A stretch of DNA of 64,000 nt from Malacoraja senta (lineage: Eukaryota). A program made the translations under genes and the position numbers. Shown here piece by piece: positions 23,665 through 36,395 of the stretch. The DNA lies in the NCBI GenBank assembly GCA_038087875.1, contig JAXLNO010000341.1, positions 124,001 to 188,000 on the forward strand, given 5' to 3'. The notes beneath the pieces were generated by a model. It was not told where the DNA came from. It ran no database searches and saw nothing but the letters and a program-made list of their open reading frames with translations. Numbering within the stretch: position 1 is the first letter of the stretch; the number at the start of each line of letters is the position of its first letter.

Positions 23665-24666
23665 TTGTGGAACTTTGTTGAAAAAACCTTGTCTGAAGTA
23701 AAATCTTTTCTTGGACTATCATTATTAGCCGGAGATAGACTCAAGCTTAATTTGTGAATATCAGCTTTAGTATTAAGAATAGACAAACAAGATTTTAAAC
23801 GTTTCTCTGGACTATTTGAAGAGGACAACCCACCACTGCATTTCTGACGTGTTAGGAATTGGGGCCAGGTTGTTGCCACAATAATGGGAGTGCAGGGATT
23901 CACGCCAAGTCCCTGACACCGTGTCCAGTTTGCCTTTTTTTAAATACACTCTCAATCTCTTTTCTGCCAATAAAACCAGCGTTCCTCGTGCTCTTTTGCA
24001 TGCAGTGTTTGTTAATCTGGACCCAAGGCTATTTTCCGATCTGCAGATCCCTCCTCGGGTTATGGCAGGTTTCCGTTCTTGAGAACTCTTCATGGCACGA
24101 ACAGTTTACAAGTTGGAAATGCAGCCGTGAGTAGAGTTCACACATAGCACAAGATAGTTTTCACAAGATAAGTTCTCGCATAACACAACCCTACAGCGGT
24201 GGGTTGTCCCATAGGAATAGAGAGTCTGAAGAACCATTAAACCAGCATCTGCAGTTCTTTCCTACATATTTTGTCTGCTCCACTGCAAAATCTACTCAAG
24301 GTATGTCTACTTTGAAGAAGTTCTCCCTTCTCCCAGCTATCAATGATTTATTCTACATTTTCCATGAACTCCTTTCCCTTTGTCCTATTTTCACACCTTA
24401 CACTTCCCTATCTATGTATCTCCTTCTCCATGGACATCAGTCTGAAGAAGCGTCTCGACCCGAAATGTCACCTATTCTCTCCAGAGATGCTGCCTGTCCC
24501 ACTGAGTTACTCCAGCAGTTTTTGTCCACCTTCGAACCATTTTAAATTTTCTTTTGCTATTCTTAATAATAGAGCTGATATTAACAAATATAGTCCGAAC
24601 TTTACTCAGGCTAATATTCTTTTAAAAGATTATACTGCAGATAAGGTTTTAAATGCTAGTCACAAT
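23665..24666. repeat. Diverged long inverted repeat (arms about 23665-23850 and 24190-24666, right arm split by an insertion)
   Basis: aatatcagctttagtattaagaatag pairs with ctattcttaataatagagctgatatt; ggacaacccaccactgca pairs with tacagcggtgggttgtcc. Confidence 0.7.
24239..24534 (+). mobile_element. Penelope terminal-repeat fragment
   Basis: Permuted Penelope tail (aaaccagcatctgcagtt...ctgaagaagcgtctcgacccgaaatgtc...); gaaccatt repeated on both sides (about 24231 and 24535). Confidence 0.75.
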
Positions 24667-25142
24667 TTTTTTTTTAAAGCTGCTGCTGGCCTAGATGGGA
24701 TATTTCTAGCTAGGATTTGCAAAATGCACATAAATGTGTTCAGCAGAGTGTGTCTTTCTTGGGCTTGATGTGACAAAATTGCAGGTACTTTTTAGAACAG
24801 CCACCTACAGTAACCCCAAATCCAACCCGTCGGTCTTACAAATGCTCATTTATAATGTACGGGCTGTACATAAGTTGGGCATTCATAAACAGGGATCGAC
24901 CTCTTACATCCTTTTATTCCAGTGGCCCTTGTAATTCTTTCTGTCAAGTTACACAGCCATGTTGACTTCCACTATCCTCTATTCCCGCAGTAATGCGTCA
25001 TTTGGTGTCCTACTTTCCTTCTGCACTTTGAGGATTGGAAACTGCTTAAATAATCGTGAGCTACTTCTTTGTCTCTGTCTCTCCCCGAGGCTTTGCATCC
25101 CATAGAGGCTTCCATCTTGTCCTTTGTACGCACCAACCCTAA

Positions 25143-26178
25143 AGGGCCTGTCCCACTTCGGCAATTTATCGGCGACTGCCAGCGACAGTCACAGTCGTAA
25201 TAGGTCGCCGAAAAACCGGCGACTGGACCTCCACTACGACAACCTACCACCTAGTCGACAGCAAGCTACCGGCGACCCATTAGGACGTACACCTACGACC
25301 ACACCTACGACAACCTACGACCACACAGGCGCCAACCGAAGTCAACCTATGTCCTACAAGCTGCGACCCTGTCGGCGACAACTGAAGACAATTCAGTCTC
25401 CGGTACCTGTTGCCGGTTGACGTAGGTAGTCGCCAATGGAATTCACTGGTAATCACCCGGCGACAACCTACGTCATCTGGCGACAACCTGCGTCATCCTG
25501 GCGACAACCTACGACAGCACCTACGACAGGAGAAGACAAGCTACGTCAAGCCCACAGTCACCGAAAGGTTTAGAACATTTCAAAATCCAGCAGCGACAAG
25601 AAAAAAGTTACGACTATTTAGGCGACTTGAGGAGACTACTCACGACCATACAGGCGTCACCCTGTGACCATGTGGTGACAGCCTAGTTGCCTGTAGTCGC
25701 CGAAAAAATCGCCTAAGTGGGCTGGCCGGTGAATTTCATTGGCTCATCGGGGAACAAAAAACGTAAGCAGTAATTTTCAGAACCAAGGATAACTGACCGG
25801 TAATGTTAAATGTACGTCGAGCTTCACAGCCGTGTATCTTTGGCTTCTTAAAATTTGTCTCCACTCCTTCTCCCTCCTTCTCCCACCTTCTCCCCCCTTT
25901 TCCCCCTCTCCCCCCCTCTTTTAAAGGACTTACCGTACCCTGTGCTTTAGCCGTCTTAATTACAGCGCCAACCTTCTTGTTCTGTATCACCTTGGCTTTG
26001 CACCTTGTGAATTTCACTCAGCCAGCGCTCCCCCTGCTTGCCCTGTCCCCCGCCTGCATAACGGGCTGGTGAAGGAAGCGATGTGTGTGTGTTCCACTCT
26101 GACAGTCGCCGTTCCAGTTGCCGGTTTTTCATGCGACTGCCGGTAACTTGACAGTCGCCTGAAAAATGGACAGGCCCA
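25143..26178. mobile_element. Long non-autonomous PIF/Harbinger-like element
   Basis: Starts taa-agggcctgtcccacttcgg and ends ggacaggccca-taa (TAA on both sides); internal cgacaacctacg and gtcgcc repeats. Confidence 0.75.
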
Positions 26179-26545
26179 TAACTTACTGTAAAATTGCGGT
26201 TAAAGTAGAAAGTATTCAGAAATGATTTCTGATATTTTTTTAAAAAGTAAATAGGTCTATTTGTTCTTTAGGGTGGAAATGTGAATGAATGAACTCTTGA
26301 AGAAACAGAATCCTCACATTTGGAGATCAGTTAAAACATTTGCCTCCCAGTTCCTGAACAACAAAGTGGTTGATTGTAAATTTCACCAGATTCTAAGTGA
26401 ATGGAGAAGTTTATAGAATTTTTTTGAAAGAAGCTTTTATCTCCTTGGAACTAATATAACAAAGAAAATTTATAAAACACTATCAATCTTTACACAATGA
26501 AATCGGCTATATTTTTTACCAATGTGTTTCTCTTTCTTGTTTTAG

Positions 26546-26973
26546 GAGACACAATGTTCATTATATTACGGAAACAGAAGCTGATCTTCCTGCACTGGTA
26601 CCATCACATCACAGTCCTGCTGTACTCCTGGTACTCTTACAAAGATATGGTGGCTGGAGGAGGGTGGTTTATGACCATGAACTATGGCGTGCACGCTGTC
26701 ATGTACTCGTACTACGCTTTGCGAGCTGCTGGCTTCCGAGTCTCGCGCAAGTTTGCCATGTTCATCACTATGACGCAAATCACCCAGATGATCCTGGGCT
26801 GCGTGGTTAACTATTTGGTGTATGAGTGGATGCAGCAGGGCCAGTGCCCGTCCCATATGCACAACATTGTCTGGTCTTCCCTCATGTACCTCAGTTACTT
26901 TGTGCTGTTTTGCCAGTTTTTTCACGGGGCCTACCTGAGCAGCAGCACCGGGAAAGCACTGAAGGCCAACTAG
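26546..26973 (+). CDS. ELOVL6: ELOVL6 terminal coding exon (very-long-chain fatty acid elongase 6)
   Basis: Acceptor ttgttttAG at 26544-26545; (G)[62 protein letters not shown] carries the ELO HxxHH and HxxMYxYY motifs; TAG at 26971-26973. Confidence 0.97.
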
Positions 26974-28830
26974 ATCTGAGTGGCTAAAGGTTACAGCTCA
27001 GGGGATAAGTCATGTGACACGGTGACATGTTTCAAGTGCTTCGAAATGACTGCCTGTATGTGTTAGGTTGGTTTAATCCATTTGAGCTTGCGATACCTCG
27101 TTGAGATCACTCTTAGAAGTTTGAAATGATTGAAATAACATAATGCAGAAAGCATTCCTTTAGAAGGTCATTTAATGTGATAGGCTGCACATTGAACTGT
27201 CATGTTCCAATATTGGTGCTTTGCAAACTGAATCTTTTGAAGAAACTGTCAACTGAGGTATAAAAACATCTTATGGGGTTAACTCAATTAATCTTGAATC
27301 GGAAGGTTTTCTGAAGGCCAGCTAGAACCAAAAGCTTCAAGAAAAGATTAATGATTTTAAAATCTTAATTTTATGTGTTAATCAAAACAAATGGGTCTGC
27401 ACTGAAAATTGCTAGCAATTTCTAGACCATAGTGACCCTGCCGATTTAAAATGTAATATTCTGCCTTTAGAAATACCCACTCTCTAAAACCGTGTATTTT
27501 TCAAGGGTGTTTGGTTACACAATCATACGGCCTCGAGAACTACTATTTGAACTGTAAAGTTATTCTGCAGAAGAGCAATGGGGGTTTTACCAAGAACAAA
27601 TAGATATTGCATTTTAGAGGTGATCGAATATATCTGCAGGGTTAAAACATTTCTGTCTGCTACAATGTAATTTTTCACATAGATTTCAATCCTGAAGATT
27701 AACATTAGGCTATTTAATATTGGCAAACTGCAGAATATTTGTATGAAATTCCTGTCTCTTTTAATGTGTTAACCTTGTATGTTGTTAACAAAGGACTAAA
27801 ATAAGGGAAAGAGAATTTTCATGTAAGTGCATTCAGAGGTATTACTTTAGTCACATTAGTTGTGCTAAAGTATTAATATTGCTCAGTGCAGTTTCATTGC
27901 ACTCTGTAATTGTATATGCTGAATGTGTAAATCTGCAACATTCACCAACCAGTTGTCACTTGGCCTGTAGTAAGGTTCATGGCATCTTTCCTTGAATTTT
28001 AGTTTCTATGTTTCTTAGACATGTAAGTCACTTAAAAAAATCTTTGTGCACATTGATTCTATCTCTAACCACTCCAGGATTAGATGTGTATTCAACCTCG
28101 GCCTAACTCATTTAGTTGTGTGGCTCCCTTTCCAACTGTTTCAGAAACTCTTTTCTCCTTTCAGATTGATCTCTATATTGTTTCAATGATATTCAATTTT
28201 TTCTTCATTCTTGCTAGTGTTTAAACACTTCTGAAATTAAAGAGCGAAGGTTATTTGTGTTAGCACAAGCTAAGTTAAGCAGTTTGAACAGTTGTAATTA
28301 ACAAAAGTGGTTAGGGGGTGTCATATGCACACAGCAGAATTTGGGTTCTACAAAGATATTTATATAAACATGTTATGGGATACTTTTACAGATATTTTTA
28401 CTTGTATTTTTTGATACTGTGGTCTTATTGATAAATGATTCAATGTAAATAAATTCTAAAGCACAGCAGATTTGATGAACATTATTTAACCTTTAACCTG
28501 CTAACAATAAGAGATGATGACTTAAAATATTTTGACATGTCACAGCATTGTCAGATTAAGATACTCATTCTTAAACATGAGTTTCTTTGAGGTGGGGGAA
28601 AAAACACTCCTCGTTAATGCTATAATGGTTTTGGATGGTGGAAATTAAACAGAGCTAAAACGTGTAACTTGCTCCATGGAGGACACAAATTATTGTGTAC
28701 CCTTAATAAACCAAGTGTGTTCAAGCACTGAACAAGCATCCTCTCAACTAGAAATCTGTTTCCCAAGTTACAATATGTGAACTGCTGGTGCTGAAACAAA
28801 CAATAAATATTTTTAAATGGGTGTTTAGTA
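26974..28830 (+). other. ELOVL6: Probable ELOVL6 3' UTR with polyadenylation signals
   Basis: AT-rich and free of recognisable TEs; AATAAA at 28448, 28705 and 28802, the last followed by GT/T-rich sequence. The end point is inferred. Confidence 0.6.
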
Positions 28831-30129
28831 GTTTGCGTCTTTTAATTAACAATTAAATATCCCTTCAAGGTTACTAAAACATAAACTGTACTCGTAATGA
28901 ATATGTTGCATCATTACAGATCAAAGATTTAAAAATAATCATCTCCATCAGGAGAAAGATACTTTTAATCTGTGCAAAGAAAAAAGTTGTTGCAATTATT
29001 TTAGAACATTTCTATAGATGCATTTCTAAAAGAAAGAAATAATTCTTTGGTTGATTAAGTCAGATTTTTAGGTTATGGAACATGCATATAAGAACAATTC
29101 CTATGCTCCAGATAGTAACATTTGGCATTTAGCCCTCATGGATTAATAATGGAAAATTACCAAGAATTCTTCTCTGCCAATTATTACTTATCGATCTCCA
29201 CAAACTACACGAGTGCCTTGAATTTCCTCCACATTTGCACTTTGGCATTGCACAAACCTGGGTACAAACCAACTATGTGGCTTATAAAATCTAAACGTTT
29301 GACACAAATTATGCACTTGTGTACAAGGTGTCCATATTTCTTCAGCCTTTCACAGCAGGCTATTGATCACTTTGCCAAATACACTCATCTTTAAAACTGG
29401 CCCCAAGCTGCTTGCAGAACCTCTGATGGGTTTCCATCAATTTTGATCGCTCATTCGGGTCTCTTCATTTGTGCACAATGAGAATGGATTGTTATTTCTG
29501 GTGATGTTTGCAATTTCTTGACTTGATTTTCAAACAAAAAATGGAATTGCTCTGAGACATAGTTTCATTTTAGTGCAGTTTTATACTTTATGTAATGCTC
29601 CCCCAATTTCAGGTTCTTAAACTTGCATGAATGTTGATTGAATGCATTAATGTTTAAACGTGAAACACAAGTATGGCCTTGTGTTTGATAGTTTGCATTT
29701 ATTCACAACCTGTCCGTGTTTCTCCATCCCCCCTCCTCTCCCTGCACGTCATAGAATAGGACATTTAGCAGATAATTTAACAGGACTGGCAGAAAAGGCA
29801 CCTTCTGGTTCAATTTACAGGTTGCATCCATGGATAAACTCCAGGCCTGGGTGATAATACAGGTTCAGCCAATGTGCATTCATCACAAATCATGAATTAA
29901 ATCTACAATATTACTTCAAACTATTTCCAGCTAATAAGCAATAACACTAGGAGTCAGGACAAATATAATTGAAAGAAAGTAAAACAAAAAGTCATAAAAA
30001 TAGTTAGGTGAAAAAAATAAGTAAAAACAGGAAGCGTTAATATAAAAATAGCTGGTAATTCAGGGTGATGTGCAGTCGATGTGTTTCTGGGTTTGCTTCT
30101 AGTCTAATATTTTCAGAATGATGTTCTAA

Positions 30130-32740
30130 AAGGAGGATTGATGGGAAGGTAGAGGTTAGGATCTGTAGGTCTCAAAGGAAGGACAGGCAGGGAGAGATTA
30201 ATGAACATGGTGAAACTGTAGGGCTAAAGTGTGTTTATTTCAGTGCAAGGAGCTGTCGTGGGTACAGAGGTTGAACTTAAGATCCTGGAGCAATGCATGG
30301 AAGTACGATGTTATGGGCATTATGAAGACTTGGTTGTGAGAGAATAACAGTATTGGCAGCTCAACATCCAGGGTTTCCATGTTTTAGATGTGATAGCGGT
30401 AGAGGCAAAAGAGGTGAAGGATTAATAATCAAGAAAAAATGTCACAGAGGCACTTGGGGAAACGTATTAGAGGGTTCATTCGCTGAGGAAATATGGGTAG
30501 AGTTCAAAAATAGGAAAGCTGCAATTGCTCTGATGGGAGTATATTATAGGCCTCCCAATCGTTAGCGGGAGATGGAGGAACAGACATGTAGACAGATTGT
30601 GGAAAAATGCAGAAGGAACAGGGATCTTGTGGGCGACATTAACTTACCCAATATTGACTGGGATTTAATGCAAGTGGCTCGGATTCTCCGGACTTGCTAT
30701 GTGTACCCAAGAGGGTGTCCTGAAAAATATATGAATAGTCCAACTCAAGGCAAGCCCATAATGGATCTTGTATTGGGAAATGAGCCTTGTTGAGCCAGAT
30801 GGCGTTGGGATTTGGGAACAGTGATCACAGCTCTGCATGTTTTAAGATAGTTCTGAATGCAGATAAATCTGGACATTGGGGGAGGAGGCAGTGGTGAATT
30901 ATCGTAAGGAGTTAGGGAGAGTAAATTGTTAGCAGTGTCATTGGGTAAGTCCACATCAGACATATGGGAGTCATGTAAAGAATGGCTGATCAGCCTTCAG
31001 GACCGGCACGTTCCAGTAAGGTGGAAGGATAACCAGTGGGGGTGTACATTTGGTCAAAAAGAAAGAAAGGAAGCACATGCACGGTTCAGGAATGTCAGAT
31101 TGGACTGGGCCTTTAAAGAACATAAAGAAAGCAAGAAGGATTTCAAACAGGCAATTGAAAGGCCCAAAAGGGGGCCATGAAATGGCATTGGCAAATTAGA
31201 TTAAAGAATATCCCAAGGCTCTTTATGTACATCAAAATCACAAGGGTAACTAGGGTGAAGATAGAATCACTCAAAGATAAAGGAGAGAATTTATGATTGG
31301 AGTCGGGATGTAAATTAATTATTTCATCTGTATTAATCAAGGAGAAGGAAATGTAGTGAGATCAGTGTGAGCTAATATGCCAGGGCAGTTTGCCATCAAG
31401 AAGGAGGCGGTGTTGGGTCTCTTGAAAAACATCAAGGTGGGTAAATCCCCTGCGCCTGAGAGTAGCCAAGTTGTTCCTGTGTTTAAAAAAGGGAAGCAGA
31501 GATAATCCAGGAAATTATAGGCCGGTGAACCGGTCGGTGTCAGTAATAGAGAAGTTATAGGAGAGAGTTCTTCAGGATAGGATTTGCTTGTGTTTTAGTC
31601 ATGAATTCCTAACTTGATTAAGATCTTGAGGCGGTGACGAAGATGATTGATGAAGGTAGGGTGGTGGATGGAATTTAGTGAGGTATTTGATAACTCTCTG
31701 GATCAGCCTACCATGAGGGACTTGAAGAAGATTAAGATGCATGGGATCCATGGTGTCTTGGTAGTTGGGATCCAGAACCAACTTACCCATAGAAAACAGA
31801 GTAGTGATGGATCAGTGTTATGGTGGCTGAAGATGTGTAACCTGTGGTGTTCTACAGGGGTCTGTTCTGGGGCTTCTGATGTTTATTATATACCACTTGA
31901 ACTTAAAATTTAGATGGGCTGGTTAGTAAGTTTGCACACAACATCAAAGGATACAGCAGGATATCGTTCAGCTACAAATATGGGTGGAGAATTGGTAGAT
32001 GGAATTTAATCCAAGCAAGTGTGATGTGTTGCCTTTGGGAGATTGAATGTAAGGGGGAAGTATTCAGTTAATGCCAAGACCCTTAACAGCATTGATGTAC
32101 AGAGGGTCCAATTTCATAGCTCCCTCAAAGGGGCAACACAAGTAGTAAAGAAGGTGTATGATATACTTGACCATCAATTGGGGCATTGAGTGCAAGAGTC
32201 AGGTAGTCATGTTGCAACTGTAAAACTTTGTTCTGACCCCTATGGAATATTGTGTGCAGTTCTCGTTGCCGCATTACAGGAAGGGTATGGAGGCTTCTGA
32301 GAGGGTGAATGCACCAGGTTTACCAGAATGCTGCCTGGATTACAGGATCTGAGCCATAATGAAAGATTGGTTAAACATATTATTTTATCTGGCAGTTGAG
32401 AGGAAGCCTGATAGAAGTACGTAAAATTATAAGAGTAGGTAATCAGAACATATTTCGCAGGATGGAAATGTCAAAGACTAGAGAGCATAGCTTTAATGTC
32501 AGAGGGGTAAAGTGTGAAGGAGATGTGTGGGTTAGTTTTTTTCTAATACAGAGTGTGGTGGGTGTCAAGAACAAGCTGCCAGGAGTGGTGGTAGAAGCAA
32601 ATATGAAAGTGGCATGTAAGAGGCTTTTAGAAGGTGTACACGGATATGCAGAGAATGGAGGATACATGCGGAGGAGATTAGATTAATTTGGCACAATGGC
32701 ACAGACATTGTTGACTGAAAAGACCCTTCCTGCCCAATGT
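30130..32740 (+). mobile_element. CR1 LINE ORF2 (APE endonuclease to RT) and tail, heavily decayed with internal deletions
   Basis: LKCVYFSAR, GVYYRPP, GDINLPNIDW, DLVLGNEP, KKGSRDNPGNYRPV and QMEFNPSKC motifs in order, then the CR1 tail. Confidence 0.9.
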
Positions 32741-33455
32741 CTATATAAAATTCTATTTTTTATCTTTCGGAATTGAACTTTAACATTTTAGATCACATTT
32801 TGCAAAAGATAACAGTACAATATTGACACCACAATGCATATGCAGGATCCATTAGTAATTATGTGGATGTTTCTCCAGCATGTCTCACTAAGATGTTGTT
32901 ATCCCTCCCGCCACCAATGGTTGAGCACTTCAATGCAGCTTTATTTGTCACATGTGCACCTCACAGTGAAATTCATTTTGCACACATTACCCATTTTTGG
33001 CGCCATTATTCAAACTCCAAAGTCTGTTCGGCCCGCGCGCTCGCTGTACTGGAGCGGTTCCCACAAGGCTTATAGAGAGCCCTCCTGCCCCCGAAACAGT
33101 CCACAAACAACTGCTGAACAAACACCTTGCACATGGATTATACACTAAGGGCACCGTGTCAGACAAGTATTATTTTATCCATTCCATACAATATGGTAGT
33201 GTATCTCAAAGGGAAGGTACTTTCCATTTTTATTGGCAACTAAAGTGTATCTTTAAAGACGTACGATGAACAAATTACCAACTACATTTTAAGTATGACA
33301 TTGAAATTATAAAATAACCTTCATCCATTGTTTCTCCACAGCCATCTCTAGATCTCCCCTTGCATTTCTTTCTTTATGATAAACATAATGTGTTAACATT
33401 TCTATTCTTGAAGAATTGTGAGATACTGAGCAAAGCTACTTCACTGATGATAACA

Positions 33456-33633
33456 TGTTTAAGAAATAACTGCAGATGCTGGAAAAATCGAAGGTAGACA
33501 AAAATGCTGGAGAAACTCAGCGGGTGAGGCAGCATCTATGGAGAGAAGGAATAGGTGTTGAAATGTTACCTATTACTTCTCTCCATAGATGCTGCCTCAC
33601 CCGCTAAGTTTCTCCAGCATTTTTATCTATCTG
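33456..33633. mobile_element. Penelope-derived fold-back mini-element with 14-bp TSD
   Basis: Near-perfect inverted repeat of about 65 bp made of Penelope tail; TSD cactgatgataaca at 33442-33455 and 33634-33647. Confidence 0.88.
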
Positions 33634-34199
33634 CACTGATGATAACAAATACTTTGGTTTATTCAACCAAGGGCAAAATGCATATCATTAATAAGCAGTT
33701 ATTTTATAGCAAGTAATATTTTGAAAATATCTTGTTATAGACAGCTAAACTGCAGGAAAACAAAAATGATGGCTTCCTACAAGAATCTACGCAGTATTAT
33801 TTCATAAATGTAACATTTCAACATTACCTTTAAAACCTGCACTTTAAATAAACCGTTGAGCCAAAGCTGGCAGTTGTGTTTTAGCACAAGAGTAGAGAGG
33901 ACATGCTGAAAGAATAGACAATAAGCTATTCAAATGGAAACCTATTTATTAATGGATGCAAGCAAATCCTTTGTGACAATTGAAAAATTGTACTTGATCC
34001 AAACAAATGGGACAATGCTGGCATTTTGTTTCATAAACAACAGCAATTTAACGATTTTGTGCAATGCTCAAGTTACAGCTCAAAATCAGTCCTGCTCCCT
34101 TTTGTCATTTAATTGCTTACTAATTGGATTTGATGCATTTGAGCATGGAAAATAAGATTATAAATAGCAACGGAGTAAAATGAGCTTTGAGTTGAGTTC

Positions 34200-34445
34200 A
34201 CTGGCGTTTTCATTTCCCCATCTCAGGGTTTGTTTGTCCGTCTTAAATCTCTGTCTTTTAATGATCTATGTTAGCAATTGGATCTCCCGATCTCCCATTC
34301 TACCAAAATATATCTCTAAAGAAAAGTCCAGACCTTAAACGTTACCTACCCATGTCTTCCGTGGATGCTGCCTGACCCACTGAGTTACTCCAGCACTGTG
34401 TGTATTTTTTTTTGTAACTAGCATCTGTAGTTCCTTGTGTCCTAA
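34200..34445 (+). mobile_element. Penelope tail remnant
   Basis: gatgctgcctgacccactgagttactccagca...gcatctgtagttcc. Confidence 0.65.
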
Positions 34446-35799
34446 TATAAAGTCATTTTCATTTTAATTAACTAATCATGCAAAGCCCTGAACATTTGAA
34501 TTGGCAGATAGATTTTGGCATAACTATTTTTATTTGCTGTGTGTGTATGTGTGTGTGTATGCATTTACGGGTGGGGGGGTCAAACATTAGGAGATATACC
34601 TCAACAAAGGCAAATATGACTGCAATAGAGTAGAACTTCTCAATAAAGTTGTGCAACCATATATGTCTAACATTTAATTTTAAAAATTATTAGCTTAAGT
34701 TTATTATTGGGCTGTTTATAATGGACACATGCTCCATGTTGGTCTAATCATGGGCAATATAGATGCTTGTTGTTAAACTTGACTGTATTTAAGATGCATT
34801 CTTTTTCTTGGTGAAATTGTATTTTTGTTCATAGTTAGTTTTGTGCAGATATCGGTCTATGTGTAACAAATCACAATAATGATTGATTAACATTATGCAT
34901 TACCAGTGACATTTCAGCTGCTGAACTTCGATGTTTATACTGTTTTATTCAGCATTCTCACTGATTTCCTGAGGCAACAGAAATCAGTGCAATATTGGCT
35001 GAATCTATTGAACCTGTGGAGTTGCTGTAAACAGATACCATATCAATTTACAGCAATGGAATGAATATTTGTGCTTAGGGAAATGCAACTTACATTCATG
35101 GGGAAATGGTAGCAAAGATATAGTCAACAGATAACAGGTATAAAATGTGAGTTATAAAAGCTAATATGGTTGTTATAGAGTTGCAATTTTATTGTTCGCC
35201 TCAGCAGTACCCAGTATTGTAGCAGTCATTCGTAAAAGAAAAATCATTTTTGGATTTCATTAACCAATGGATTATTATCATCACCTGTACAATGTAAAAC
35301 TTTATTTTGTGTTCTGTCCAGACAAATCATACCATACATGAGTACATCTGCTAGGGTAAAAGAGAAAAGAGAGTGCAGAATGTGGCGTCATAGCTACAGA
35401 TACAGTCAAATTAAAAAATGTGCAATGACATAGACTGGAAGATTGGGAATTCATTCTTGGCGTATGAGAGATCAAAAGAGTCTGTTATCAGCTGGGAAGA
35501 AGCTGTTCTTGAACCTGTTGGTTCACGCTTTAAGCTTCTGTGTCCTGTACCCAAAACGGGGAATGACTGGGTATAAGTGGTCATTGATTATATTGATTGC
35601 TTTCCCAAGACCGCATGTAGTATAGATGGAGTTGAGAGGTGGGGGTGGGGGAGGCTGGTTTGCACGGTGGACTGGGCTGCATTCACAACTCCTTATACAT
35701 TATTCTATGCATTAATTAAAAGGCAAATATAAATAATCCATTAAAGCTAACTGAATTGATTATAGTGTGCATTGTAGTTATTGAATGCACAGGTATATA

Positions 35800-36080
35800 G
35801 AGAGATACAGCATGAAAGCAGGCCCTTCAGTCCACCAAGTGCCCAACCATCAAGCATTTATTTTAATCTTCCCCAAAACCACAGACCCAACATCTACACA
35901 TTGGGGCAATTTACAGTGGCCATTTAATCTTTGGAGTGGGAGGTAACCGGAGCATTCGCGGGAAACCTATGCGGTCACAGGTAGAAGGTGCAAACTCCAA
36001 AGAGAGTACCGGAAGTTAAGATTGAACCTGGCTTATTGGAGATATGAGAAGCATCTCTATTAGCACGCTGCTGCTCTATC
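35800..36080 (-). mobile_element. V-SINE, degenerate
   Basis: Diverged copy of the 3062 family. Confidence 0.65.
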
Positions 36081-36116
36081 CATACCATGATGCTGCTGTG
36101 CTATTCCTATATCCAG

Positions 36117-36395
36117 AATATAGAAAATAGGTGCAGGAGTAGGCCATTCAGCCCTTCAAGCCAGCACCACCATTCAATATGATCATGGCTGATCATCCAA
36201 AATCAGTACCCCGTTCCTGCTTTCTCCCCATATCCCTTGATTCCGTTAGCCCCAAGAGCTAAATCTAATTATCTTGAAAGCATCCAGTGAATTGGCCTCC
36301 ACTGCCTTCTGTGGCAGAGAATTCCACAGATTCACAACTCACTGAGTGAAAAAGTTTTTCCTCATCTCAATCCTAAATGGCCTACCCCTTATTCG
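36117..36395 (-). mobile_element. CR1 3' end
   Basis: Matches 4328-4610. Confidence 0.85.

Noticed and set aside
26497..26545. N-terminal [16 protein letters not shown] of ORF 26497-26973 as a protein start
   Set aside because: It is the intron polypyrimidine tract; ELOVL6 homology starts after the AG at 26545.
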